From: Alphaproteobacteria bacterium
GTDB lineage: Bacteria > Pseudomonadota > Alphaproteobacteria > UBA828
Assembly: GCA_965214705.1 (NCBI GenBank)
Contig: CBDCCI010000002.1
Span: 2,432,001 to 2,496,000, forward strand
Direction: 5' to 3'
DNA length: 64,000 nt
In this document: piece by piece, positions 21,975 through 32,305 of the stretch
Layout: each line of letters begins with the position of its first letter
How positions within the stretch are numbered: the stretch's first letter is position 1
Position numbers and translations under genes: made by a program
Notes under the pieces: generated by a model
Database searches by the model: none
What the model was told of the DNA's origin: nothing
What the model saw: the letters and a program-made list of their open reading frames with translations, nothing else

Positions 21975-23653
21975 GGGTGTGATTCTCGTATGGCGATATG
22001 CCAGTCGTGATGGCGCTAAAGGATATGGGCTGGTTCATTTTGGTCAAGCAGCGAGTGCCAGGACTTCGGTTGGGCTGATGTTGTCGTTAGCTGGTCCGGA
22101 TCGGGCGTCCATGAGCGCATCCCATGCCCGGTCGAAGAGGCCGGATTTGATCAGGGCGCGGAAGGTCAGAACCGCCTGCCCGCCGTCGATCCGCCAGCGC
22201 ATGCCCGAGCGTTTCAAGCGCTGCGCGACGAGGGTCTTGCAGGCCGCCTCGACCACACCCGAGCCGATGGCGATGCCCTCTTCCTTCAGGGCGTGGTAGC
22301 GCATCCGATGGCGGTGCTTTCGGAAGAAGGCCAGTTCGCGCTCGATCTCGGCCGGGTCCCCCTTTGCCCTGTCCAGGAGGTAGCGCAGTGCCCGGATCAC
22401 CTTGTCGACGCCGCGGGGGTCGTGGCGCAGGATTTCGCGGTGCTTCTCGAACCAGTGGCGCGCCACCGCATGGTCAGAGGCCACGCGGAGATGCTCGCAA
22501 GCGTGCCAGAAGTCGATGACCTCGGTCTCGGGCGAGAGGCTTTCGAGGAAGGTCCAGTTGTCGGCGGCCCCGTCGGCGACGGCGCCGATCCTGATCTTCG
22601 GGCTCACACGGCGGATATGGGCGACCTCGCTTGCAAGTTGCGCTTTCAGCGCGGCCTTGCCGCTCTCGGGCATACGGCCGAGATAGAGGGTCTTCAGCCG
22701 TTGGCCCTCGGCGTCGTGGAAGGAGACCGTGCCGCAAGAGGCCTCGCGCCAGCACGCCTCGGCACGGCCGTCCTCGCCGGCCCGCAGCGCCACCATGACG
22801 CCGTCAAGGGAGACGGACGCGGTGACCGCATCGGGCGGTATGCCCTGGGTTTCACGGATGCTGGCCAGCGTCTCCGGGGCGACGCTCTCCCAGTGCTCAT
22901 GCATGCTCAGGGCCAGGCGCTGCAGCGTGCTCACCGACGGCGTCATTCCGCCCATTTTCGCGAAGAACTCCTCCGCTTCACGCGGCGTACAGTGGCCCAT
23001 CATCATCAGCCCGAGCTGCGCCGCCGGCCGCGTCAGGTAGTCGTCGATGAGGCCCAGGCTCTCGTCCACCGGCACCAGCGACGTGCTGCTCGCGCCGCTG
23101 CGATAGCGCGCACGCCGATAGGTCACGGGACCGAGCGTCGTCATGATCGTCTTCGGCGTCGCCGCCACCCGGACCCAGCTCTGTCCGTCGCGCTCGATCC
23201 GGCTCGCACCGTCGTCGCGGCTCTCGGCGAAGGCCCCAAGGAGCTTGCAACCCAAGCCGTTCATGGCGTCCCGCAGCCCCGTCTCAACCGTTTCGAACGT
23301 CTCGGCAGACGGGTCAGACCCAGCCTGTTCGCGACAGAACTCCACCACCTGGGCGACCGCTTCGGCGACTTCGGCAGGCAGGCCCAAAAGGTCGATGGAC
23401 GAGGCGATGAGAGACTGCGACACTGGCATGGGAACGCTCCTGATGTTGGGTCTGATGTTGGGTTGTCGGCGCGGCATCCTACCGCATCTCGCGGTGCGGA
23501 GCGTTCCCACCCACCACTGCTGGATGCCGCCGTTGTGACAAAATCCGGCCCTGCACCGGCCGATTGTCACGAAAACCCGATTCTGGCTGCCTACGGCCAC
23601 CCGCCAATCGCGCTAAATCAATGACTTACGATCGCCATGCCAGACCTACACCC
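21975..23653 (-). mobile_element. ISKra4/ISLre2-like (Mutator-type DDE) insertion sequence
   Basis: Imperfect IRs GGGTGTGATTCTCGTATGGCGAT / GGGTGTAGGTCTGGCATGGCGAT; 8-bp TSD CAGAGCCG at 21967-21974 and 23654-23661. Confidence 0.85.
22044..23429 (-). CDS. DDE transposase (ISKra4/ISLre2-like)
   Basis: SLDGVMV, ADGAADNW, IDFWHACEHL, IGSGVVEAACK...RLKRSGMRW. Confidence 0.88.
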   Translation of the reverse strand: MPVSQSLIASSIDLLGLPAEVAEAVAQVVEFCREQAGSDPSAETFETVETGLRDAMNGLGCKLLGAFAESRDDGASRIERDGQSWVRVAATPKTIMTTLGPVTYRRARYRSGASSTSLVPVDESLGLIDDYLTRPAAQLGLMMMGHCTPREAEEFFAKMGGMTPSVSTLQRLALSMHEHWESVAPETLASIRETQGIPPDAVTASVSLDGVMVALRAGEDGRAEACWREASCGTVSFHDAEGQRLKTLYLGRMPESGKAALKAQLASEVAHIRRVSPKIRIGAVADGAADNWTFLESLSPETEVIDFWHACEHLRVASDHAVARHWFEKHREILRHDPRGVDKVIRALRYLLDRAKGDPAEIERELAFFRKHRHRMRYHALKEEGIAIGSGVVEAACKTLVAQRLKRSGMRWRIDGGQAVLTFRALIKSGLFDRAWDALMDARSGPANDNISPTEVLALAA

Positions 23654-23948
23654 CAGAGCCGAGGCTATCACCGTCAGGCGGTTCCCTCCGACCAAGGTAA
23701 TGTTTCAGACGGCATTACCATCGATCTTGGGGATTCCAAACAATTGCGGTCCCTTGAAAGCGATCGCGCTTTCTCGGGGCTAGTATGGAAAGAAAGAGGA
23801 GCCGGCACTGCACAACGAAGCGACACCGATCGGATAGCGCCGTCACGCCTTGAGACCGGCCACTCCGACGACCAGGCCGAAGCACCTTGTTTCGCGGCGT
23901 AACTATTTCATTGCGCATTTGCCGGCCCTCTAGCCAGTGCAAAGGCTT

Positions 23949-24902
23949 TTATGCACTCTGATAGTTGTCCGCAGCCTTTGCCAGGATATCGAGATTTCTA
24001 ATCAGCAAGAGAACCTGTGAGAAGACATCACGCGGCCTCTTGTTTCTGGACAGCGCATGCTCTTGTCGCGGAAGCGGAATGTCGAGATGCGCCTTTATTC
24101 GGACCATTTCAGCCAAGAGAACGTTCGTAGCTTCATAGACTTCCGCTGGAGACACTCGCACCAGCGTTATCTGCGGCACACCCGATGCGTCCATGCCAAG
24201 CCTGGTCTGCAGGTTGATGATCTTGAATGTGGCTCTCAAGACCTGCTGCGCCACTTCCTTCATTCTTTTCCGCTGATCGATAGCAGGCGGATCGAGATCC
24301 AGCGCGACCTTGAGCTTGGTGGCAATAAGCTCCATTTCGTCGTGAAGGAACACGATATGGTTGTACACGTCATTCGGGTCAACGGGATGTCCAACCAAGC
24401 CGTCCAAGAGGTACGAAGCATCGCCGAGGTGTTTGTAGACATATGTCGGCGTCTTGCCTCCCTCGAGTGGAGCAGGTTGAATTTGGTCCTCGATTACGAG
24501 CTGCTCCTTGATTCTCCGAACTTCCGCAAGACTCGTTTGTACGCTCCTGTAGACATCTCCCGGATTAATGCTCTTGACTGGAATCTGTCCGACTTTGGCG
24601 GGATCGATGCCGAGCCTTCTTTGCGCAGCGGAGATCTTCTCCATCACCTCCAGCGACTTGGAGTACACGTGCACGGGGGCTCGATCCTCTTGTAGCTCGG
24701 CTTCTATGGGATAGACGGTAACGCCCATTGCATCGCGCAGAATTTCAATCTCGGAGATGAGATCAGACGTTACTTGATACACGTGGCTGGGAGTCATATC
24801 CTCATACTTGACTTCCTGAGAAGCCGCCTGACCAGCCAGACCTGGAACCGCCAACAGCCCAATACAAAAGAGGACTGCTGCCAACTTCGCTTGTCGATTC
24901 AT
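23949..24902 (-). CDS. Secreted hypothetical protein built of ~8 P-x-x-V-Y helical repeats
   Basis: Signal peptide; repeats TPSHVY, APVHVY, NPGDVY, TPTYVY, DPNDVY, SPAEVY, RPRDVF; paralog nearby. Confidence 0.8.
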   Translation of the reverse strand: MNRQAKLAAVLFCIGLLAVPGLAGQAASQEVKYEDMTPSHVYQVTSDLISEIEILRDAMGVTVYPIEAELQEDRAPVHVYSKSLEVMEKISAAQRRLGIDPAKVGQIPVKSINPGDVYRSVQTSLAEVRRIKEQLVIEDQIQPAPLEGGKTPTYVYKHLGDASYLLDGLVGHPVDPNDVYNHIVFLHDEMELIATKLKVALDLDPPAIDQRKRMKEVAQQVLRATFKIINLQTRLGMDASGVPQITLVRVSPAEVYEATNVLLAEMVRIKAHLDIPLPRQEHALSRNKRPRDVFSQVLLLIRNLDILAKAADNYQSA

Positions 24903-25322
24903 TCTGCCTTTTCCTTTTCAGCTAGGGTTGACACTTGAACTCCACACTTTTCTAGCGACGAGAATCCAAAAGGGTTTCATCGCAATACCGGCGCGTTCTT
25001 CATGACGCCGTTGTACCGTTCTCTGGTCAGTATTCCAGTGAACAAAGACGGAATTATCACTCTGCATAAACTAGAGATTAGCTGTAATTCGTTTAGGACA
25101 TACATCGAACGACCAGACAGTGAAGGTTGAACGCGCATGTCACATGACGTTTCTGAACGGCAGTGAGTGGAACGGTATGCGTCCTCGACTTTGGGCCTGA
25201 TCCTCTGGAGCGCGGTCAAGAGACCGAGACGGTCGGGTCCGCGGGAAAATCGAGCAGAAATGCTCGTAGACAAAGGTGCGCATCCGAAGATATTACCGAG
25301 AGATAACAACACACAGACCCTT

Positions 25323-26519
25323 CTAATAGTAATACTTGTTGACTCGCCCGGTCGCCGTCAAACCTGCCTCGTCGGGAAGCGGTCCGGCATCCACAAGCCG
25401 GGCGGTGACCGTAACGATTAGCTCGAGCTCGTCGGATCGCGTCGAGCTATGCCCGAAAAGTGCACCGACAAGTGGTAAGTCTTTGAGTAGCGGAACACCC
25501 GATTGCACATCGTTGGATGCACTGCGAAAGAGGCCAGCGATCACGATGGATTCACCGTCGCCCATCTCGACAGTGGTTTCCGCTCGCCGGACGTTGATGA
25601 CCGGAACATTGACTCCGGCAACCACCTGCACTGAGTTGTCCTGCGATGGTTCGGAAACTTCGGGCCGGACCGTTAGCTCGATCCTGTCCTCGTCGATGAT
25701 CGTCGGAACGAAATCGAGAAGAACTCCGTACTTCTTGTATTCGAAGACGATGACGCCGTCATCGAACCCGGTGGGCAGCGGATACTCGCCACCCGAAAAG
25801 AACGACGCGGTCTCTCCTGAGTTTGCGGTTACGTTCGGGCGGGCCAGCACGTTGGCCAAGCCTGCCTTTGCGAGCGCGTCCACAAAGGCGTTTAACCCGA
25901 CGTTGTCCCATGCCCGCTGAAGCATGAACGTGGGCGACAGCAGGCCATCCACGGAGGTCGATGGGATAGAGAGAAGGATGTTCCCCTCGTCGTTTGCACC
26001 CACATTCGGAGGCAAGCCCGGATGCGGCCGCCCTGCTAACCGCTCGGGCGCAGCAAGCGAGGTTCCGTCGGGCAGGCCGCGACCAATTCGGAATCCGAAG
26101 CCTAACGGATCATTTGAGTGCCCGAAGATCTCCCAGTTGAACCCGAAATCCTCAGCGACCGAACGCTGGACCTCGGCGATCTGGACCTCGAGGTTGACCT
26201 GCTGAGGCCCGACGATGCTCATATGGTTATCGACCAGGGCATCTTCCGGGAGCGAGGCGGTAGCGAAGCGTAGCGCACGCTCGGATGCGGCCGCAGATCC
26301 GACCTCGCCGCTCAGCGCGACACCGCGAGCGACGCGCTGCACGCGAACCCGATGCAGGTCGGGTTCTTTGGCGAGGAGTGTGCGCAGCGGCTGGAGGTCA
26401 GTCTCGACGCGCAGGTTGTTTTCCACGAGCATGTCTTCCGGGAGCGAGGCGGCCGCAAGGCGCACCACCCGATCGGCCCCGGCAACGGAGGCGATCTCAC
26501 CGCTCAGTGCCACTCCCCG
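25323..26519 (-). pseudogene. cpaC: C-terminal piece of the giant CpaC/RcpA secretin (last 1.5 repeats + secretin domain)
   Basis: QQVNLEVQIAEV, LARPNVTANSGETASFFSGGEYP, YGVLLDFVP, RRAETTVE, GVPLLKDLPLVGALF, ELIVTVT. Confidence 0.9.
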
Positions 26520-26727
26520 TGTTGTTTCCCGCTTTAGCCGGATAGCGGGTCGGCGATTTTTCTCACATTGATCGGTTCAGGGATTTCCCCGGATGGTGGG
26601 GGAAAGCGGGAGATCGGCGAGCATCGCGGCTTCGGCGGTTGGCGGTGCCGGGGCGGGACCGTAGTCTCGGGCTGACGAGGAACAAGAAAGAGGCCCGCGC
26701 GGGCTGACTCCCGCCGGGCCATGGCCG

Positions 26728-27363
26728 GTGCAGCTTCGCTACGAAACGGGGCTTACCGGCGAGGAATACGTTAGGGCCGAGGCGTGGCGCGACGCAAGGC
26801 TTGAGCGCTGCCCGAATCACCCGCACGGCGGATGTTCCGTGGGAAGCCACGGCACCTACGGGCGGAAGACCCCGCCCGGCGCGAGGGTTCCTCGCTGGTA
26901 TTGCCGCGAGAGCCATACGACGATCAGCCTTCTGGCCGACTGCCTGGCGGCGCGGCTGCCGGGCACGCTCGACGATCTGGAAGCGGTTGTCGTCGCGGCC
27001 GAGGGCGCGAAGAGCCAGGAGGAGGCGGCGAACGAGGTGCGCCGCCCCGAGGACGATGACGCCATCGAGCTTCCCGGCGCGCTGCGCTGGCTGCGCCGGC
27101 GGGTGGATCTCGTCCACGATGTCCTTTCCCGCGTTATCGGCCTGATCCCCGACAAGCTCGCGGGCTGCGCCGCCACCATGAGCGCGGTGCGCGACAAGCT
27201 CAAAAGCAACCGCGCATTGATGGCGCTGCGCGGCCTGGTCGCCGGGCAGCTGCAGGCGCTGCCCGCGCCGTTGGGCTTCCAACCCCACGGAACCGGCGCG
27301 AGGAGTCGCAAGCCGGGCCTCCAACACTCGATGGGGCCTGATCCGCCCCCGCCAGGCGCCTAG
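26728..27363 (+). CDS. Transposon accessory protein with Cys/His (Zn-finger-like) N-terminus
   Basis: CPNHPHGGC...HGTYGRKTP...RWYC...TISLLADCLA; first gene of the element. Confidence 0.7.
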   Translation: MQLRYETGLTGEEYVRAEAWRDARLERCPNHPHGGCSVGSHGTYGRKTPPGARVPRWYCRESHTTISLLADCLAARLPGTLDDLEAVVVAAEGAKSQEEAANEVRRPEDDDAIELPGALRWLRRRVDLVHDVLSRVIGLIPDKLAGCAATMSAVRDKLKSNRALMALRGLVAGQLQALPAPLGFQPHGTGARSRKPGLQHSMGPDPPPPGA

Positions 27364-27407
27364 CGTCATGGTCCCGGGCCCGAGGGGCCGCGAACGAGGA
27401 CCGTGAC

Positions 27408-28727
27408 ATGAAGGAATCGGATGACGACCTCCGCCAGGCGATCGCGCTCTTCCGATACGGCGTGATCGCCGATCTGGTGCATCTGCCGCTGGGCACGAAG
27501 GGCGTCGGCGACAGGCTTCGCGAGAAGGCCAGCCAGCCCTATGCCATCCCCGGAACCGACCGGACCCGGGTTGCCGCCGACACCATGCGGGAGTGGATCA
27601 GGCACTACCGCGATGGCGGCTTCGAGGCGCTCTACCCCAAGCCGCGCACCGACCGGGGCAAGCCCCGGCGGCTGCCGCCCGAGGTCGCCGAGCGCCTGGT
27701 CGCGCTGAAGGCCGACAACCCGGCCTGGCCGGTGCGCGCGATCATCCGCGCGGCCGCCGAGGAGGGCATCGATCACCCGCTCGCGCCCTCGACCGTGCAC
27801 CGGCTGCTGAGCCGCGAGGGGCTGTTCGACAGGAAGCCGCCGGACGGCGCCGACCGCCGCCGCTTCGCCTTCCGCGAGGCCGGCGAGCTGTGGATGAGCG
27901 ACGTCATGCACGGGCCCAAGGTCCGCTTCGGCCGGAGCCGGCGCAAGACCTACCTCATCGCATTCATCGACGACGCCACCCGGGTCGTGCCCTTCGCCGC
28001 CTTCGCCACGGCCGAGAACGTCCAGGCCTTCCTGCCCGTGTTCAAGAATGCGCTGATCCGCCGCGGGCTGCCGCAGCGCCTTTATGTCGACAACGGCGCC
28101 GCCTACCGCTCCCGCCATCTCGCCCTGATCTGCGCAAGACTGGGCGTCGTGCTGGTGCATGCGAGGCCGTATCAGCCAGCCGGAAAGGGCAAGATCGAAC
28201 GCTGGTTCAGAACGCTTCGCGCCGGCTGGCTCGCCCATCTCGATGCGCCGGTCCTGGACAGCCTCCAGACGCTCAACCGCAGCCTCTGGGCGTGGATCGA
28301 GGGCGAGTATCACGACACCCCGCATCGCGGCCTCGAGGGACGCACGCCGCTGGAGCAGTGGGCGTTGGCCTCGGTCGCGGTCCGCTACCCCGACGCCACG
28401 CTCGACCTCGACGACATCTTCCTCTTCGAGGCCAGGCGGCTGGTCCACAAGGACCGCACCGTCAGCCTCAACGGTCGCGTCTACGAGGTCGACGCCATCC
28501 TGGTCGGGGAAAGGGTCGTGCTGCGCTACGACCCGGAGGCACCGCCCGGCCGGCCGCTCGACGTGGTCTGCGACGGAAAGCCCGCCGGCCAGGCAACCCG
28601 CCTCGACGCCTATGCCAACACCGCGGTGAAGCGCGGCCACTACTCCAAGAAGATCGAACCCGACGACCCGGCGCCCGAGCCGCCGCCCTCGCCGCTCAAG
28701 ATGCGCAAGTTCAAGGAGGACGACTGA
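27408..28727 (+). CDS. DDE transposase (HTH + rve core + Mu-like C-terminal domain)
   Basis: LWMSDVMHGP, FIDDATR, LYVDNGAAY, GKGKIERWFRT, RLVHKDRTVSLNG. Confidence 0.92.
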   Translation: MKESDDDLRQAIALFRYGVIADLVHLPLGTKGVGDRLREKASQPYAIPGTDRTRVAADTMREWIRHYRDGGFEALYPKPRTDRGKPRRLPPEVAERLVALKADNPAWPVRAIIRAAAEEGIDHPLAPSTVHRLLSREGLFDRKPPDGADRRRFAFREAGELWMSDVMHGPKVRFGRSRRKTYLIAFIDDATRVVPFAAFATAENVQAFLPVFKNALIRRGLPQRLYVDNGAAYRSRHLALICARLGVVLVHARPYQPAGKGKIERWFRTLRAGWLAHLDAPVLDSLQTLNRSLWAWIEGEYHDTPHRGLEGRTPLEQWALASVAVRYPDATLDLDDIFLFEARRLVHKDRTVSLNGRVYEVDAILVGERVVLRYDPEAPPGRPLDVVCDGKPAGQATRLDAYANTAVKRGHYSKKIEPDDPAPEPPPSPLKMRKFKEDD

Positions 28728-29527
28728 TGTACCAGCGCCACTTCGCCCTGACCGGCATGCCCTTCGAGACCCCGGCACAGACCGACGAGCTGTTCGAATC
28801 CTCGGCCCGGCGCGAGGCCGAGGCCAGGCTCGGCCACCTCATCGAGCTCAAGGGCATCGGCCTGCTCACCGGCGAGGTCGGCGCCGGCAAGACCACCGTC
28901 TGCCGCCACCTCACCGACCAGCTCCACCCGGGGCTGTATCGCGTCCATTACGTCTCGCTCACCACCGGCAACGTGCTCGACACCTACAAGGCCATCGGAT
29001 GGGAGCTCGGGCTGACCGTCGAGCGATCCCGCTCCTCGGCCCATCACGCGATCAGGACCGAGATCTCCCGCCTCGCCAAGGAAGCCAGGCAGCTCCCCGT
29101 CCTCGTCGTCGACGAGGCCCACCATCTGCGCAACGACGTGTTGGAGGATCTCCGCCTGCTGACCAACTTCGCCATGGACTCCGAGAACCGCATGTGCCTC
29201 ATCCTGGTCGGCCTCACTGAGCTCAGGCGGCGGCTGTCCATGGCGGTGCATGAGTCCCTCAGCCAGCGCCTCGTCGTGCGGCACCACCTCACCGGCCTCG
29301 AACGCGACGAGGTCGACGCCTATCTGACCCACCGCCTCCGGCTCGCCGGATGCGAGCTGCCGCTGTTCGAGGAGGCCGCCGTCGAGGCCCTGTTCCAGGG
29401 CACCCGCGGCCTGCCGCGCCAGATCAACCGCATCGCCCATTACGCGCTGTCGGCCGCCGCCCTCGACAAGGCAAAGACCGTCAACGCCAACCACATCCAG
29501 ACCGCCCTCGACGAGCTTCAGCCATGA
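28727..29527 (+). CDS. ExeA/TnsC/MuB-like AAA+ ATPase
   Basis: MYQRHFALTGMPF start overlapping the transposase stop; Walker A GEVGAGKT, Walker B VVDEAH, GLPRQIN. Confidence 0.9.
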   Translation: MYQRHFALTGMPFETPAQTDELFESSARREAEARLGHLIELKGIGLLTGEVGAGKTTVCRHLTDQLHPGLYRVHYVSLTTGNVLDTYKAIGWELGLTVERSRSSAHHAIRTEISRLAKEARQLPVLVVDEAHHLRNDVLEDLRLLTNFAMDSENRMCLILVGLTELRRRLSMAVHESLSQRLVVRHHLTGLERDEVDAYLTHRLRLAGCELPLFEEAAVEALFQGTRGLPRQINRIAHYALSAAALDKAKTVNANHIQTALDELQP

Positions 29528-30591
29528 ACAGCGTCGCCACCGAGGGCATGGCGATGACCGGCTTCCCGACGCGGGCGCCGATCGAGCTGGAGGACCGGCC
29601 GCGCCAGCAGCAGTGGCTCATCGACGGGCTCTGGGGGCGCCAGGCCGTCGGCATCGTCGGCGGCGAGCCGAAGTGCGGCAAGTCCTTCCTCGCGCTCGAC
29701 ATCGCCGTCGCGGTCGCCGCCGGCGTCCCATGCCTGCGCCGCTTCGCCGCCGACCGGCCGGGCCCGGTCCTGCTGTTCGCCGCCGAGGACGCCGGGCACA
29801 TCGTGCGTGCCCGCCTCCAGGGTATCGCGAGCGCCGCCGGCGCCCGCTTCGACGCCCTCGACATCGCGGTCATCGACGTGCCCGCGCTGCGCCTCGATCA
29901 TCGCGCGGACCGTCAGCGCCTGGTGCAAACGGTGGAACGCGTCCGGCCCCGCCTCGTGGTCCTCGACCCCCTGGTCCGCCTGCACGGCATCGACGAGAAC
30001 ACCGTCGCCGAGGTCGCCCCCATCCTCGGCTTCCTGCGCGACGTCCAGCGCCGCTTCGAGACCGCCGTGCTGCTGGTCCACCACGCACGAAAGAGCGGCG
30101 CCGCCAGGCCGGGCCAGGCCCTGCGCGGAAGCAGCGAGCTGCACGCCTGGGGCGACTCCAATCTGTACCTGCGCCGGCGAGACAGGCAGATCCTCATGAC
30201 CGTCGAGCATCGCGCCGCCCCCGGCCTCAACGACATCGAAATCGAGCTCGCCGACGACGGCAAGGGGCCCGCGCTGCGCCTCCGCCAGGTCGAGACCGGC
30301 GATGCCGCGCCGCGGCCCGAAACCCCTGAACGGCGCATCCTCCAGGCCCTCGCCGAAGCCGACGCGCCGCTCTCCCAGCGCCAGATCCGGGAGCGCGCCG
30401 CAACCCGGCACAAGACCGTGGGCGCCATCCTGCGAAAGCTCGTCCGTGAGGGACGCATCCGGCACGACGCCGAGGGACATTACAGCCTCGTCACAGGCGA
30501 AACCGAGAACGCCGCGCCGGACGACGCCGCCAATGGCAGCCGCCATCCGGACGCCTCGCGGTTCCCGCCTCCCGGTTCCGCCCATCCCTAG
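29524..30591 (+). CDS. RecA-superfamily (AAA_25/RepA-like) ATPase with C-terminal wHTH
   Basis: WLIDGLW, GEPKCGKS, AAED, VVLDPL, LVHHARK, LRGSSELHAW; ATGA overlap with the previous gene. Confidence 0.85.
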   Translation: MNSVATEGMAMTGFPTRAPIELEDRPRQQQWLIDGLWGRQAVGIVGGEPKCGKSFLALDIAVAVAAGVPCLRRFAADRPGPVLLFAAEDAGHIVRARLQGIASAAGARFDALDIAVIDVPALRLDHRADRQRLVQTVERVRPRLVVLDPLVRLHGIDENTVAEVAPILGFLRDVQRRFETAVLLVHHARKSGAARPGQALRGSSELHAWGDSNLYLRRRDRQILMTVEHRAAPGLNDIEIELADDGKGPALRLRQVETGDAAPRPETPERRILQALAEADAPLSQRQIRERAATRHKTVGAILRKLVREGRIRHDAEGHYSLVTGETENAAPDDAANGSRHPDASRFPPPGSAHP

Positions 30592-30913
30592 GAGTTCGAG
30601 CGGGAACCGCCCGCCGGAACCGCCCCCCAGGCGCCTCTCGGGCTCAAAAAACGACAATGCGTCGAGCGATCGGCCCGTGGCCGAAAGCTCCGCTTACGGC
30701 CATGGATGCACTTCGTCGGATGGACGGCGGCGGGTCACCCGAAGGGCCGTAGCGAAGCGGAGGAGCCGCGCAGCGGCTTGACGCGCCGACGGCCGTCCGA
30801 CACCCCGGCACCCTGTCCCCCTTCCGGCAATGACCGATCAGTCCGGGAAATACGCGCGCCCGTCACCCGAAATAACCCGGGAAATCCGTCGTCAATCAAT
30901 CCGGGAAACAACA

Positions 30914-31789
30914 CCCCGCGCAACCCGCTGCACCTGCACCCCGTCCAGCCCCGGCTCGCCCGCCATCAGCGAGCGCAGCGGGCCGAGGTCCAGCCCCACT
31001 TCCAGGTTGTTCTCCACCAGCATGCCTTCAGGGAGCGAGGCAGCAGCGAGGCGCATTGCCTGGTCGGCCGCGCCCTGGGAGGCGACGTTGCCGCTCAGGG
31101 CCACCCCGCGCGCGAGACGCTTCACGCGCACGGCTTGGAGGATCGGGTCGCCGGCCAGCAGAACGCGCAGTTCCTCGACGTTCGGTAGAATTCGCAGATT
31201 GCTCTCGACCAGTACGTCTTCCGGGAGCGAAGCCGCTGCAAGCCGAAGCGCGCGATCAGCTGCCGCGGCCGATCCGACCTCGCCGCTGAGAGCTATGCCT
31301 CGAGCGACACGGCGTACCCGAACGCTGCGCAATTCAGGTTCGCTGACGATAAGGGCACGCAATGGCGCAAGGTCCAGCGCGACTTCCAGGTTACTCTGAA
31401 CCAGCATGCCTTCCGGAAGAGAGACAGCCGCGAGCTGGAGTGCCCGTTCGGCCGCCGTCGGAGAGGCCACTTCGCCGGATAGGACGACACCGCGCTCGAG
31501 CCGCTGGATGTGCACATCCCTGAGATCGGGATCGCTGGCCAACAACGCTCCCAGCCTGTCGACATTCGGCGTCACACGCAGGTTGTTCTCGACCGAGATG
31601 TCTTCCGGGAGCGAGGCGGCCGCAAGGCGCACCGCCCGCTCGGCTTCAGCCTCTGAGCTGACGTCGCCGCTCAGAGCCACGCCTCGGGCGACCCGCTGCA
31701 CACGGATCTCAGCCAATGCCGGCTCGCCGGCAAGGAGCGAACGCAACAGTTCGAGGTCCAGCCCCACCTCCAGATTGTCCTCGACCACC
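30914..31789 (-). pseudogene. cpaC: Middle piece of the giant secretin (~4.5 BON-like repeats)
   Basis: Same 64-aa repeat (RVARGVALSG..S...A.RA..LAAASLPE...VENNL); bounded by two mobile elements. Confidence 0.9.
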
Positions 31790-31879
31790 GTAAGCGGTAT
31801 CGGGCCCCCATACTTCCAGCGGATCTGATTTCGGGGCTGACTCTCCGCCTTGACCACGAGCCACACAGGAGAGATCGCG

Positions 31880-32305
31880 ATGACAGATTCGATTTTGGCA
31901 TCTGGCGACGGTGTCGCTGTTGCTTCGGTTGAGATCCCAGCTTCTGAGGGAGCCGCCCCGGCTCCGTCTGAGCCGGCCCCCATGCGACGCTGGCCGGACG
32001 ATGAGAAGGCGCGGATTGTCTCGGAGAGCTTTGAGCCGGGCTCTTCGGTTGCGGCGGTCGCGCGCCGCCATGGCGTCAGCGATACGACCCTGACCAAGTG
32101 GCGGCGGCGCGCGCGGGAGGGAACTCTTCCGGGCGCTCGGATTGGTGGCTCTGCACCGCCATTTGTTCCCGTGGTGGTTGATAGCGTGACGTCCGAGCGG
32201 ACGGTGGCGATCGAGGCGCTAGGCGTGGTCGTTCGCCTTCCGGTGGAGAGCGCGGTCGATCGGATTGTTGCGGTGGCCTCGGGCCTGGGCCGGGCGTCGT
32301 CATGA
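31880..32305 (+). CDS. tnpA: IS66 TnpA (HTH)
   Basis: RRWPDDEKARIVSESFEPGSSVAAVARRHGV. Confidence 0.88.
   Translation: MTDSILASGDGVAVASVEIPASEGAAPAPSEPAPMRRWPDDEKARIVSESFEPGSSVAAVARRHGVSDTTLTKWRRRAREGTLPGARIGGSAPPFVPVVVDSVTSERTVAIEALGVVVRLPVESAVDRIVAVASGLGRASS

Larger units (their letters stand above)
26520..30913 (+). mobile_element. Four-gene Mu/Tn7/IS21-superfamily transposon
   Basis: Ends TGTTGTTTCCCG on both sides; 5-bp TSD CCCCG (26515-26519, 30914-30918); repeated CCGGGAAA sites near the right end; removal restores RVARGVALS in the secretin. Confidence 0.9.

Noticed and set aside
26520-30913. CAST or Tn7 proper, or a type II secretion ExeA gene
   Set aside because: No Cas, TniQ/TnsD or TnsA; the ATPase is coupled to a transposase inside TSD-bounded ends
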